Source: a cyanobacterium endosymbiont of Rhopalodia gibba
Lineage (GTDB): Bacteria; Cyanobacteriota; Cyanobacteriia; Cyanobacteriales; Microcystaceae
DNA length: 64,000 nt
Assembly: GCA_045159875.1 (NCBI GenBank)
Contig: CP067995.1
Location: 672,001 to 736,000 of the forward strand
Direction of reading: 5' to 3'
Position 1 is the first letter of the stretch. Every line of letters begins with the position of its first letter. The position numbers and the translations under genes were made by a program. Positions 1 through 11,344 of the stretch are shown piece after piece. A model generated the notes under the pieces. It ran no database searches. It worked only from the letters and a program-made list of their open reading frames with translations, and had not been told where the DNA came from.

Positions 1-56
1 ACTTACTATAAACCGAAAATCAATTATACTTACCCACTTATTTAATTAAGTTAATG

Positions 57-1979
57 TTACTCGTAAATTTCTAGGTTAGAAAAACTCAGAGAAGATTCAA
101 GTTCTTTTATTTTGATTAAACTAATATAGTATTCATTCAGATAATATTGCTTCACTTCTGAATCAATATTAGGGTCAATATTTTTATACTTTTTATAAAA
201 AAAGTTACTATACTTTGCCAATTTAGCTTTTTCCATAAATATTAAAGCGCAGTGAATTTGTAAAGGACTTCGGTGAATATTTTCTTGATGATTCTGACTG
301 AGATAAAAAATATGATTAAATTGAGTGGTCGAGTGAGAAACCTGTAAGACTTTCTCTTGTAACAAAGAAATAAGACTATTAGGTTTATAATTTATCTCTC
401 CTTCAATTTCCGATATTTTCTCCCATAAGAACCGATATTCAGATACACTGAAAGTTATATTTTTTTCTTCAAGTAGATTAAAAATTTCTTGACGATATTC
501 AGGACAGTGACAATAAATTTGTAACAATAATGCTTCAGCTTGTTGGAGGGAGGTATCTTCACCATAGGAAATTTTCTTAATTCCTAAAGATGAATAATTT
601 TTGATAGTGGAAGGAAAATTAGGTTTCTTGATTTGTATTTGTAAATTTTTAAGGTAAAGCGGTAAAGATAGAGTATCTCCTTGACTCAAAATCTCAGCGC
701 AGTAACGAATATAATAAGTCTGTTTATTACTATTTTCGATGCGGTTCAATAGCTTAACCATTTCTTGAGCAACTTGTTCAAAATGCTCTGCCTTTTTGAG
801 ATCTTTATTAACTAATAATTGTTGAAGTTGCCAGTCAAACCAAAGAGGCGCATTATCAATTAATTCATGGAAAGTTTCAACTGAATTCGGATTAGATTTT
901 AAGAAATCATCGGCATCCTTGGCATTTTTAAAGTTCAGAACTCGTAATTGTACTTGTCCCGAATAGACTAATGACTCAACATCACTAATTGCCCGTTGTG
1001 TTGCTTTTTGTCCGGCTAGATCTGAATCAAAATTCAAGATCACCTGTTTAGAATCAGTATATTTAAGCAATTGTTTTAATTGTACTTTGCTCAAAGTAGT
1101 TCCTAGGGACGCTACCGTATTGGTAATTCCTAAAGCATGGAGGGCAATTGCATCAAAATACCCTTCTACTACCACCACTTTATCCAAAGAACGAATACTA
1201 TTTTTAGCTTTATATAGGGCAAATAAAGTATGACTTTTTTTAAATAAAGTAGTTTCAGGGGAGTTAAGATATTTTGGTTGTTCATCTCCTCCTAAAGTTC
1301 GACTTCCAAACCCAATTACTCGTCCTTGAATATCAGTAATAGGAATAATCAGGCGATTACGGAATTGATCGTAATAACCGCTTCCACTTTTGCGCAAAGC
1401 AATTACCCCGGCTTCCTCAACTAAAGCAATTGGATAACGTTTTTGTTCAATTAAGTAATAATAGAGAGTTTTCCATTCTTCAGGGGCATATCCTAACTTA
1501 AATTGCTGTATCGTTTCTTGATTTAATTGACGTTTGCATTCAAGATAATTAAGGGCATTTTTTCCTTGAGGTTGATGAAGGATGTGCTGATAAAAACTAG
1601 TCGTTATGGCGAGAATTTCATAGAGTTGTTCTTTTAAAGATAGCTGACGTTGTAATTTCTTCTGTTGTTCAGGTTCAAGAGTTTTAATTGGAACTTGATA
1701 GCGTTTTGCCAGATTAAAAAACACGTCACTAAAAGATTGTTTCTCCACTTCCATAAGGAATTTAATAGCGTTTCCCCCTTCACCACAACCAAAACAATAA
1801 TAAAGTTGTTTATGAATACTAACGCTAAAACTAGGGGTTTTTTCATCGTGAAAAGGGCATAACCCGACATAGTCTTTACCCCTCTTTTTAAGAACTACAT
1901 AATCTGAAATGACATCATAAATGTCAACCATTTGTTTTATCTTTTCAAGGGTGTCAGGATGAAGAGGAGGAGTGTCCAT
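57..1979 (-). CDS. dnaG: DNA primase
   Basis: 640-aa ORF with a CHC2 zinc finger (CPFHDEKTPSF...CFGC), the PKYLNSPET motif and a TOPRIM domain (VVVEGYFD, FDSDLAG). Confidence 0.97.
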   Translation of the reverse strand: MDTPPLHPDTLEKIKQMVDIYDVISDYVVLKKRGKDYVGLCPFHDEKTPSFSVSIHKQLYYCFGCGEGGNAIKFLMEVEKQSFSDVFFNLAKRYQVPIKTLEPEQQKKLQRQLSLKEQLYEILAITTSFYQHILHQPQGKNALNYLECKRQLNQETIQQFKLGYAPEEWKTLYYYLIEQKRYPIALVEEAGVIALRKSGSGYYDQFRNRLIIPITDIQGRVIGFGSRTLGGDEQPKYLNSPETTLFKKSHTLFALYKAKNSIRSLDKVVVVEGYFDAIALHALGITNTVASLGTTLSKVQLKQLLKYTDSKQVILNFDSDLAGQKATQRAISDVESLVYSGQVQLRVLNFKNAKDADDFLKSNPNSVETFHELIDNAPLWFDWQLQQLLVNKDLKKAEHFEQVAQEMVKLLNRIENSNKQTYYIRYCAEILSQGDTLSLPLYLKNLQIQIKKPNFPSTIKNYSSLGIKKISYGEDTSLQQAEALLLQIYCHCPEYRQEIFNLLEEKNITFSVSEYRFLWEKISEIEGEINYKPNSLISLLQEKVLQVSHSTTQFNHIFYLSQNHQENIHRSPLQIHCALIFMEKAKLAKYSNFFYKKYKNIDPNIDSEVKQYYLNEYYISLIKIKELESSLSFSNLEIYE

Positions 1980-4107
1980 TGCTCAGACAATAACTTAAAT
2001 GACTTGAGTCTAAGTATAACTTGATTTTTAAATTGCCCATCACTTAAAAAATTTACATAAATAATTACTATTTTTATAAATTTAGTATAGATAAATGCCA
2101 AAGCTATCTTGACTAACGATATATTATAAAATTTAGATACCAACTTATTAGATTAAATCTACAAAATCAACTATATTATCAATAATAACATAGTTGATTT
2201 TAAAATAGACGATTATGTTATTTATACTTTTATATCTTACATCATCTAATGTCTAAATTATTTCTGTAGACACGTTATTTTTTAAAAAGCTAAATTAATA
2301 TATTTGCCATTATATAGAAAATCTCAATTTAATTATCAGTTATGTAAAACATTATTTTTGGACCTATTTTAATTAATAAAAATATTTTTTTATTTGCAAT
2401 TTTTTCGAGCACTATTTTTACATTTTTTAGTAAGTTAGTCCTAATCTTGTGTTTTATTCTAATGCATTAGGAATGATAATGTTTCTTAAAATATATAAAA
2501 TATGAAAATAAACATTTTAAAAAAAATTTACAGTATTTAGTTATTTAAATGAAAATTTAATCTTTTAGTAAATAAAAATTATTTATTTTTTTAATCATAA
2601 TCTTGTCATGGCTAACTTTTGTACTTGTAAATTATTCAGGAATTATTTACTAAAAATATTTTTATTACTTACCTTACTAGATAAGTTTTAGATCCTAATT
2701 TTACGAAGGTAACAGTTTGATTTACACCCTTTTTACGAGAAACTGTAAATAATAAGTTTGAGCAGCTATGTTTACATTAATACCGGCAAAAAAAATGATA
2801 TTTATCAGTATTTTTCAAGCATAAAGAGTTAAAATTTTAAACTTAAACTTTATTATTGTAGTTTTTTTTATGATAAAGTACGACATAAAAATATCAAAAT
2901 TTTTATTTTAAAAAGTGTATATACGTACTCTAACTGTTTCAAAATTGAGTAACATTCGTATGAGTATTTTTTTTATAACGGACTACAAATTCTTAATTTT
3001 ATTTAAACTTGGATAGTCAGACAAAAGATACTATAGTTTGCACTCAGTTTTTTTTCCATTTACTTAATAGCTTTTTTTTTGTGCAAAGTGGCATTATCAA
3101 AAACAATAACATCTACTTATTTCTCTTAAAAAAGAGAACCTTGAGATAACTAAGTTTTCAATAAATCTCTATTACAACCCTTCTCAAGAGTTAAAAAACA
3201 ATTATTATTCTTTTTTTTAAAGTATTTATCTAAGCAGTCTTTTTTCGTTTTTTTATATTTTATAATGTATTATCTTCCTTGTCTAAAATTAGATAGATAA
3301 TTTTTTAAATTTTCACATCCTACTTCATCTGAATATCCCCTTCTGTATTTTAATTATTTTCTTTTATAATTCTTATTTTAGCTTGTATTTCTATTTATAT
3401 AGAAGTTTTTTTGATGGCTTCTTATCTGTAATACTTATGATTTAATATTCCATTTAGTGGTATTTTTCTCCTATAATTGGGCAATCTTCATTCGAGTTGT
3501 ATCGATTGGCAATAAACTTGATTTTTGTCGATATTAGATCTTACTATATTTTCTTTGGTTTATAAGTGACTGCTGTGTCGTTTTCTATTGTTCTGTTATT
3601 TTTAACTATAAAGATAAAAATATTTACTTTGTTTTCAATTCATAACACGCCATAATTTTTCTATATTGTTTTTGAGCGTAAATCTTGACAATTAAAATGC
3701 CAGGATGCTTAGGATCTTTAACTAAAATAGTTAATTATTTTCCTAGAGATTGCAAATTTTTTATAGATTTTTTAGGCAATCCTACGGCTGTACTAAAGTA
3801 AGAAAGCCCTGCTTTAAATATAAAACTTTTTTTAAATAAAGGTTTAAGAGATTATCAAATACTAAGTTGTCATGCTTCAGTTTAGGAAAGCCATTGTTAT
3901 TAACAACAAACAGTGTAATTGATAGATAAGATACTTTTATTTAATATTTTCTTACTGTAAAGAGGAACGTTCTATATTTGTACTATAAATTAAGAGTATT
4001 CAAAAAATCCAAAAATTTTATGAAGATATCCCTATACCTATAAGGGGATAAAAAGTTTACAAAGATATGGCAGCAACGAAAACTATGAAGACCCAGAAAT
4101 AATCTCA

Positions 4108-4803
4108 ATGCCATTACTTGCTCAACTGCTCATCTCGCCTTCCTATCTGGCACTACACATTCCAGACGGATTTTTAAGTCTACCTGTGAGCTTATTTACC
4201 TGGATTATTACTTTAGTCTTGTTATTTGTTGCCCTTAGACGAGTAAATGCTGAACTTGAAAAACAGGCAGTCCCTTTAATGGGAGTATGTGCCGCCTTTA
4301 TTTTTGCTGCCCAGATGATTAACTTTCCTATTCCTGGAGGAACATCAGGACATCTTGTCGGGGGAACTCTGGCTGTCATTCTTCTGGGTCCGTGGGGAGG
4401 AACTTTAGTGGTGGCTGTCGTTTTTATAGGACAAGCTGTATTATTTCAAGACGGTGGGATAACAGTTTTAGGCGCAAATATTTTGAATATGGGACTGTTG
4501 GGAACCTATGGTGGTTATTATCTCTACAAAGCGATCCGTTTAATCTTGGGTCATCGACGTTGGTCAGCCATCGCCACTGCTATCGCCGTTGCTGCTTGGA
4601 TAAGTGTGATGAACGCTGCTATCATTACAGCCATTGAATTATCTTTATCAGGAACGGTTTTGTTAACTCTAGGACTGGGGGCTTTAGTGTTTTGACATAT
4701 TTTCATTGGAATCGGTGAAGCCATCATTACTGTGCTTACCATTGCCTTTATCTGGCGATCACCTCCTGATTTGCTTTACAATCCCCCCCGTTTCCCCGAT
4801 TAA
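4108..4803 (+). pseudogene. cbiM: Cobalt/nickel ECF transporter S component CbiM with a premature stop
   Basis: HIPDGF, FAAQMINFPIPGGTSGH and DGGITVLGAN motifs. A TGA at 4693-4695 sits where Trp is expected, and the frame continues as HIFIGIGEAIITV... to TAA at 4801-4803. Confidence 0.85.
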
Positions 4804-4822
4804 TAATTCTCTAATTGAACGT

Positions 4823-5110
4823 ATAGGATTAGGAGTAGCACTAATTATTATTATTTTTTTCTCTCCTCTTAATAGTTAAGACCCTGATGGACTAGATAGG
4901 GTTTCCCAAGACTTAGAATTTAAAAATAAAACCTCAGAGAATATACTCGCTAAAAAGCTCCCCTTCTATAGTATTTTTGAAAAATATGCCTTGCGTGGGT
5001 TTCCCAAAACCGTAGTAACTCCCCTAGCGGGTTTAATTGGAACTCTGGCAACTTTCGGTATTACTTGGAGTATAGGGAAGATATTAATTAATCGCAAAGA
5101 AGAATTATAG
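4823..5110 (+). pseudogene. PDGLE-domain (CbiN/NikN-like) ECF component remnant
   Basis: Hand translation gives IGLGVALIIIIFFSPLNS*DPDGLDRVSQDL...TPLAGLIGTLATFGITW. In-frame TAA at 4877-4879, no start codon found, located between cbiM and cbiQ. Confidence 0.8.
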
Positions 5111-5201
5111 CTATGGTAGTGGAAACACATATCTGAAACAATACGATGATTCTAATTCCACATTGAGGAATTAGAACATTTAGATACATAATTATGCAAT
5201 T

Positions 5202-5986
5202 GTGTTTTTGCACATTCATAATTTGGTCAAAGCTCAAAGACATCAATCCTGTACCCTATGGCATTCTCTAAACGCACAAACTCGCTTATTATCGGCATTG
5301 ATTATGGTTTTTGCTATTGCCTTAACCCCTAACAGACAATGGATAACCTGGGGAGTTTATGGGATCAGTGTCTTAATTGTTATTTTACTGAGTCAGGTTT
5401 CTTGGTCTGGGCTATTATCACAAGTGACTACCGAATTTGCTTTTGTTGGTGTTGTTTTAGTGGAGACTTTATTTCGGAACGATGGCCAAGTTATTTGGTC
5501 TTGGGGAGTAGTTCAAATTACTACCACAGGCGTCCTAGTACTAGGAAGTGTCTCTCCTAAGATTTTGTTGTCATTATTGACACTTAATTTGCTTGTCCTT
5601 ACAACAGCTGTTCCTGACCTTTTCGAGGGATTATTATCTTTGGGAATCTCACCCTTATTCGTAGCCATTATGGCGTCAATGTATCGTGACATTGACGTTT
5701 TAGTGCGAGAATTTACCACAATGAGACAAGCAGCTCTTTCTTGTAATTTAATGCTTAATACAACAACAAATCGTCTAATTAGAGGAAATATTATTGTTTT
5801 TTATTTATTAAAACCTATGAATGAGGAAAACTGATCTATCAAGCAATGCTAGCTAGGGGATATCAAGGTTTATCTTCAAAGGTAACTTCTCCTATTTATA
5901 AACAACAAGATAAATTGGTTTTTATTGCAACGTAAATTATTATTTTTTGTGGACAATTATTGTATTTATATCAGTACTTCCATTAA
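5202..5986 (+). pseudogene. cbiQ: Cobalt ECF transporter T component CbiQ, frameshifted
   Basis: The ORF 5202-5834 is CbiQ-like. The conserved C-terminal LFIKTYE*GKLIYQAMLARGY lies in another frame (frameshift near 5800, TGA at 5822-5824, further TAA at 5933). Confidence 0.82.
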
Positions 5987-7454
5987 GTCGAATTAAATGA
6001 AAAAATTGCCAAACTCTATGCCTTCAGATACTGTCGGCTTACTAAAGTAAAATTTTGCAAATAAATCAACATCAATAATTTAATTCCACAAAATAGATAT
6101 TTTAGTTTAAAAAATATTTTTTATTATTTTATTAGTAAACGAGTAAATCAATTACTATTGTAAAGTTATATATATTGTCTTAATAGAGTATCAAGCCGCT
6201 CATTAATTTTTTAAAAAAAATAAAAAATTACTGTTTTTCTGACATAGAAAAAAGATAAAAAAAACTGTACGTTACCTATAGTAGCTTGTCAATAGAAAGC
6301 TTAAGCGGCACTAGAAAAATTTTAGAGCGTATTGAATAGTAATTCAGAAAGAAGACTATCTAATAGTAAATCTTCTCCCCAAAAAACTGCTCTAGAATTA
6401 ATTTGACACAAACAAAAAATAAAAATAGCGATTACCTCACCGCAGAAGAAATTACAATCTAAGCGTTATTACTATTGTTTCCCGAATATAAAAACTATAA
6501 TGTTCACTTATGAACAAGGAAAGTATAGTAAAATTGAGGCAAGACAAAGGGTTAATTTTTTTATCAAGTAAGATAATTCTACAACTCAGACAAAGATGGC
6601 TCAATATTAATTAATATAATACTGAGTTAGACGTACTGAAAAGTAGGAATAACTAAGAAAATTGTAAATATTAATAACACATAAACCATAATTATTTTTT
6701 TAAATCAACTAGAATGGATTGCTGAAATAGAAGTAGGTACTTAGACAGAGCAAGATTTAATGATAGACGAAATTGTCTATAATATGATTATGATACCAGA
6801 AAAAAAAGTGCTGTTTTCTAGGATCTCAAAGAGAAAAAGAAAAGGCTAGTTAGATGAGTACTTTCAAACAGGAAAGAATCTTTACCCCTTTAGCTGTTGG
6901 AGGTATGTAATAAAGACTTACTTTGAAGCTTGGTCTCAAAGTTTAGTTCTTGGATTGGAAAGCCACCTTTGAGAAAACTTAAAACATTTTTATGTCATGC
7001 TATACAAAATAAATAATTTATATTTAAACTTTATTTCGTAGTTGAAAAGCTATACAAGTAAAGCATCAAAGTTATTTTAAATTGCTTTAGTTTTTTATTT
7101 TCTAAGAAAATTTCAGCAAAACTTGATAAATTACTTGATAAATTATTAACTGATTGATTCATTTGCTTAATATAAATGATAGCCTCTTTATAGTTGCGAT
7201 CTATTATATTCATGTAGCCCGATAGTTAGAACAGCTGATTTTTAGGCTTAAAGCGGTTGGATTGATTTTTTTTATTAAAGTGACTGATGATGACATAATT
7301 CTTTAATCTTATTAGTATTTTTATCAAAAAGCATTTAACTTTAGTTGAAGAGCTCAATCTTAGATTAAATCCTAATAAAAGCTAACTTAATGATTAAACC
7401 TCATTTGAGAAAGAATCCATTACAATAAATCTTAAATCTAGTGGACTGGGAATT

Positions 7455-9350
7455 ATGAGTGATACTATCCTCAACGTTTGTAACCTTCGTGTTGAATTTC
7501 CTCAAGAAGAAAAATCTGACCCTGTTGTTGCTGTAAATGAGATTAGTTTTCAACTACAACGAGGGGACATTTTAGGTATTGTTGGGGAATCAGGTTCGGG
7601 AAAATCCATCACTTCTCTAGCGATTATGGGGTTAATTCCTACTCCTGGTAAAATTACCAAGGGAGAAATTAACTTTTATCCGGCTAAAACTCCAGAAAAA
7701 CTTAGTGCACTTAAACGGGATGCTAAAAAATGGCAAGATTATCGGGGCGGAAAAATTGCCATGATTTTTCAAGAACCCATGAGCTCTTTCAACCCGGTTT
7801 ATACTATTGGTTATCAATTAACAGAAGCCATTCAACTTCATCAAAAAAAGATTACCAATCAACAAGCAAAGAATCAGGCGATTGCCCTTTTTCAAAAAGT
7901 TCAAGTTTTACCCAGTGATGAAGGATTAGAACAGAAATATTTAACTAATATTTTTTCTGAAAAAAAAGATATATCCGGCTCAGTTAACAAACAAATTAGG
8001 AATTATATTACTCAGGAAAAAGAGGCTTTTTTAAGACGTTATCCCCACGAATTATCAGGCGGACAATTACAACGGGTGATGATTGCAATGGCAATTTCCT
8101 GTAACCCAACTCTTCTCATTGCAGACGAACCGACTACAGCTCTTGATGTTACCGTTCAAGCAGAAATTTTAAGATTACTGAAAGATTTATGTAAAAGTGA
8201 AGAACATCAAGATATGTCAATGATCTTTATATCCCATGACTTGGGTGTTATAAATAAAATTGCTGACAAAGTCATAGTAATGTACCAAGGAAAAATTGTT
8301 GAACAAGGCTATAAAGATCAAATTTTCTATCATCCTCAACATGAATATACGAAAGGGCTACTCGCTTGTCGTCCCCGTTTAGAACCTCAATTAGAGCGAC
8401 TACCGACTGTCGGGGATTTTCTAAACCCTGATAGGATTAATTCTCAAGAAGATAATCAACCCCAAAAAATAAAGTATAGAATAATTTCTCCTGAAGAGAA
8501 ACAGCAACGTTTGGTAGGTTTATTACAAAATAATAAACCATTATTAAGAGTTAATAACCTAACAGTTGAGTTCAGTAAATCTGGAGTTTTTGGACAAAAA
8601 AAAGTTAATTTTAAAGCAGTAAATGACATTAGCTTTGAGGTTTATCCAGGAGAAACATTAGGACTAGTGGGGGAATCTGGTTGTGGAAAATCCACTGTGG
8701 CAAGGACAATTTTACGGTTAATTCCTACGACAAAAGGACAAATTTACTTTAAAAAATATCCCATTCATAAATATCCTAGTAGTAGCAAATTATTGCGTAA
8801 TTTACGTCGAGAAATGCAAATTGTTTTCCAAAATCCCTATAATTCTCTTAACCCTCGTTTAACCATTGGTCAGGCTATAGGCGAACCAATGGTCATTCAT
8901 AAAACTGGAAGAAATGCTAACCAGAGAAAAGAACGGGTGGCTTATCTTTTAAATAAAGTAGGTTTAGATGCTAATTGGCGTAACCGCTATCCCCATGAAT
9001 TTTCGGGGGGACAAAGACAACGGGTTTGTATTGCCAGAGCATTGGCACTCAATCCTCAGTTTATAATATGTGATGAGTCTGTGTCGGCTTTAGATGTATC
9101 GGTACAAGCACAAGTATTAAATCTATTAAAGGACTTGCAACACGAATTGCAATTAACTTATATTTTTATTTCTCATGATCTAAGTGTGGTACGGTTTATG
9201 AGTGATCGTATTATGGTAATGAATCAAGGAAAAATAGAAGAACTGGCATCTGCTGACACTATTGTTAATAGTCCTGCCAAGGAATATACTCAAAAGTTGA
9301 TTAATTCAATTCCCCATTTTCCAGAAGAACCTTTTTGGTTAGAAAATTAA
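7455..9350 (+). CDS. ABC transporter ATP-binding protein with two fused NBDs (peptide/nickel family)
   Basis: Two Walker A motifs (GESGSGKS, GESGCGKS), two signatures (YPHELSGGQ, YPHEFSGGQ) and Walker B motifs IADEP and ICDES. Confidence 0.93.
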   Translation: MSDTILNVCNLRVEFPQEEKSDPVVAVNEISFQLQRGDILGIVGESGSGKSITSLAIMGLIPTPGKITKGEINFYPAKTPEKLSALKRDAKKWQDYRGGKIAMIFQEPMSSFNPVYTIGYQLTEAIQLHQKKITNQQAKNQAIALFQKVQVLPSDEGLEQKYLTNIFSEKKDISGSVNKQIRNYITQEKEAFLRRYPHELSGGQLQRVMIAMAISCNPTLLIADEPTTALDVTVQAEILRLLKDLCKSEEHQDMSMIFISHDLGVINKIADKVIVMYQGKIVEQGYKDQIFYHPQHEYTKGLLACRPRLEPQLERLPTVGDFLNPDRINSQEDNQPQKIKYRIISPEEKQQRLVGLLQNNKPLLRVNNLTVEFSKSGVFGQKKVNFKAVNDISFEVYPGETLGLVGESGCGKSTVARTILRLIPTTKGQIYFKKYPIHKYPSSSKLLRNLRREMQIVFQNPYNSLNPRLTIGQAIGEPMVIHKTGRNANQRKERVAYLLNKVGLDANWRNRYPHEFSGGQRQRVCIARALALNPQFIICDESVSALDVSVQAQVLNLLKDLQHELQLTYIFISHDLSVVRFMSDRIMVMNQGKIEELASADTIVNSPAKEYTQKLINSIPHFPEEPFWLEN

Positions 9351-9501
9351 ATTTCTTGAAGCTTAAGGTATTGAATTTTTTAGAAAAATTAGGTTGTAAA
9401 CACATTATTTATTATTAAGATGAGTTGATTACTTATATAGTATGTTATTCATCTCCTCTTTCTTGATAAAGTCACTGATGAGGAGTCGGCACGAAGTCTG
9501 C

Positions 9502-9537
9502 AATGCAACATAAATGATGCATCATTTATGTTGCATT
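9502..9537. repeat. Perfect 36-bp palindrome, no loop
   Basis: AATGCAACATAAATGATG/CATCATTTATGTTGCATT, checked base by base. Confidence 0.95.
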
Positions 9538-10670
9538 ATATTTGCTTCAGTCATCCTTATGACCTGCATAATTATCTTTAAAATCAGCCATTGATAAATT
9601 TTTCAAGAAAGAAGATTTTGATGTTAATCTTTAAATTTTGTATCCGCTTTTCCATTCTTTTTACAGAATAGAAATCAAAGAAAATCCTTCAAGATTGTGG
9701 AGTTTATTTTTTTAGTGATTTATCAAATAAAGAAAATTGATTAATCATAGACAATAACTTCAGCAATATTAGACACTTTTAAAAGTTAATAGAGTAGTTT
9801 TTACAGGTGTAAGACTTTGTCGTGAGCCTCAGCTAAACTGTACATTAAAGTTGTCAGTGCTACACGATAGTAAAACATGAAGGTTGCTTTTGTGGAAAAA
9901 AATCCATAAGTTAAGGCTGTCTTTCGTATCAGTATTGTCATTTTGAGTAAATCTTCAATTCATTTGTCTAGAATCACTTATTAGGCTAGGAACGGTGGAT
10001 ATTTTGTAGTACTTATTGACCTAAGAAATATTATCTTTAAAGGGGTAATTCCCAATATTCAATAAGTAATTTAAACTATTAAGATTTATAATTTTTCCTA
10101 AGGATTAGTGGTAAAAGTTATCTTTAGTTCAAATTAATTTTTAATTAAAGTATAAACACCTTTAAAGTTAATAGAAAAAAACTCGAAGTAAAAGCTTTTT
10201 TTTATTCTTCCTATTTCTGGAATAAAAAAAACAAGTTATTTGACCAATAAATAGGCTTTTTATCACTAAAAATGCCAAGTTTTAGACCATTATTTAGGGT
10301 TAAGTGACCTTAATGAATAGCCATTTTCATATTCTCCCCAAAGAAAACTCTAAACTTGGTAGTCACTTGTCTAATCCAACACCTAATTATTCCACAACCT
10401 TTTGGGTACAAAAAATAAACTTTTTGACACTAACTAGCTCTTTTAAATAATTTCAATACTTAATCTAAGGTTTTTTAAAATAATTCTAAATACTTTTTAA
10501 GCTAGTGTATTTTTGAGAGAATTAGTGAGGTTCTATGCACCTAGTTTAATTTAGCTTTTAGTTTTTTCTTTAAATCCTTTTTATTATTTTCTCTCTTTAA
10601 CTAGTATTTTCAGTCCTCAGTGATAGGTTGCTCTACAACACCTTACCTTATTGAGGCAAATAAAATCACT

Positions 10671-11096
10671 ATGGCAGAAGAACTTGAAGGAAAATGTCCT
10701 AAATTCGATGTTAGCACAGATGGTTTCTTCTTAAAAACAGAATGGGACTAGAAATATACGATTATCTAGATTAGTAAAAATGGGAAAATTTTTGAAATAC
10801 TTACTAGTAGCATCGCTATCATGAATAAAGGTAAAAATATCTTATATTTAGCTCAAAAAGAATAGTATTTATCCTTGATTACTAAGTTAAGAACCAAGTC
10901 TAAACCCAAAATTGAAGACTATAAAATATGCTATATATATTCTATTAAAGAAACCAAATATCTCCTGCTGATAATATTTTTTCCGAAAAAAATTGATGAA
11001 AGACGGTAATTTAACAATAAGAAAGACATAAAAATTGATGATTATTTTGAATCAGTAACCCTGAAGTTCTCAGGTAAAGCTCCTTACGAGGTTTAA
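10671..11096 (+). pseudogene. psaD: Photosystem I subunit II PsaD, pseudogene
   Basis: Hand translation: MAEELEGKCPKFDVSTDGFFLKTEWD*KYTII*ISK...[36 protein letters not shown]...VTLKFSGKAPYEV*. This follows PsaD end to end. Stops at 10749, 10767 and 10863 plus frameshift(s) near 10960-10990. It lies upstream of trpE, a usual cyanobacterial arrangement. Confidence 0.93.
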
Positions 11097-11344
11097 TATT
11101 CTCTCAATAATCAGGTTTTCTAACACTAAAACTATAATAGGGTTAAGTTAAACTCCTGCTCATTATCCGTCAAAGGAAATCGCTTTTAAATCCAACACTC
11201 CAACATTATTTAGTGCAAGTGCTCAATAGGTAACAGGTGTATCGTACCTAACCTTTGGCATTAATGTCTACTCATAGATGGTTGTTCTCAGTACCTAAGT
11301 CACGAGATAATGTTCATAGATAATTTCTGACTTTTTACTAGCTC

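Noticed and set aside
4693..4695. UGA at a Trp position in cbiM, suggesting UGA=Trp recoding
   Set aside because: Intact genes use TGG for Trp and some end in TGA (nadD, recQ). Other remnants carry TAG and TAA stops and frameshifts, so ordinary nonsense mutation explains it.
6400..7000. Coding-like decayed frame on the plus strand, a possible cbiO remnant
   Set aside because: No Walker A or ABC signature remnants were visible, and I could not assign a family.
9430..10050. Possible decayed gene on the minus strand
   Set aside because: It looks coding-like but I could not identify it without a homology search.
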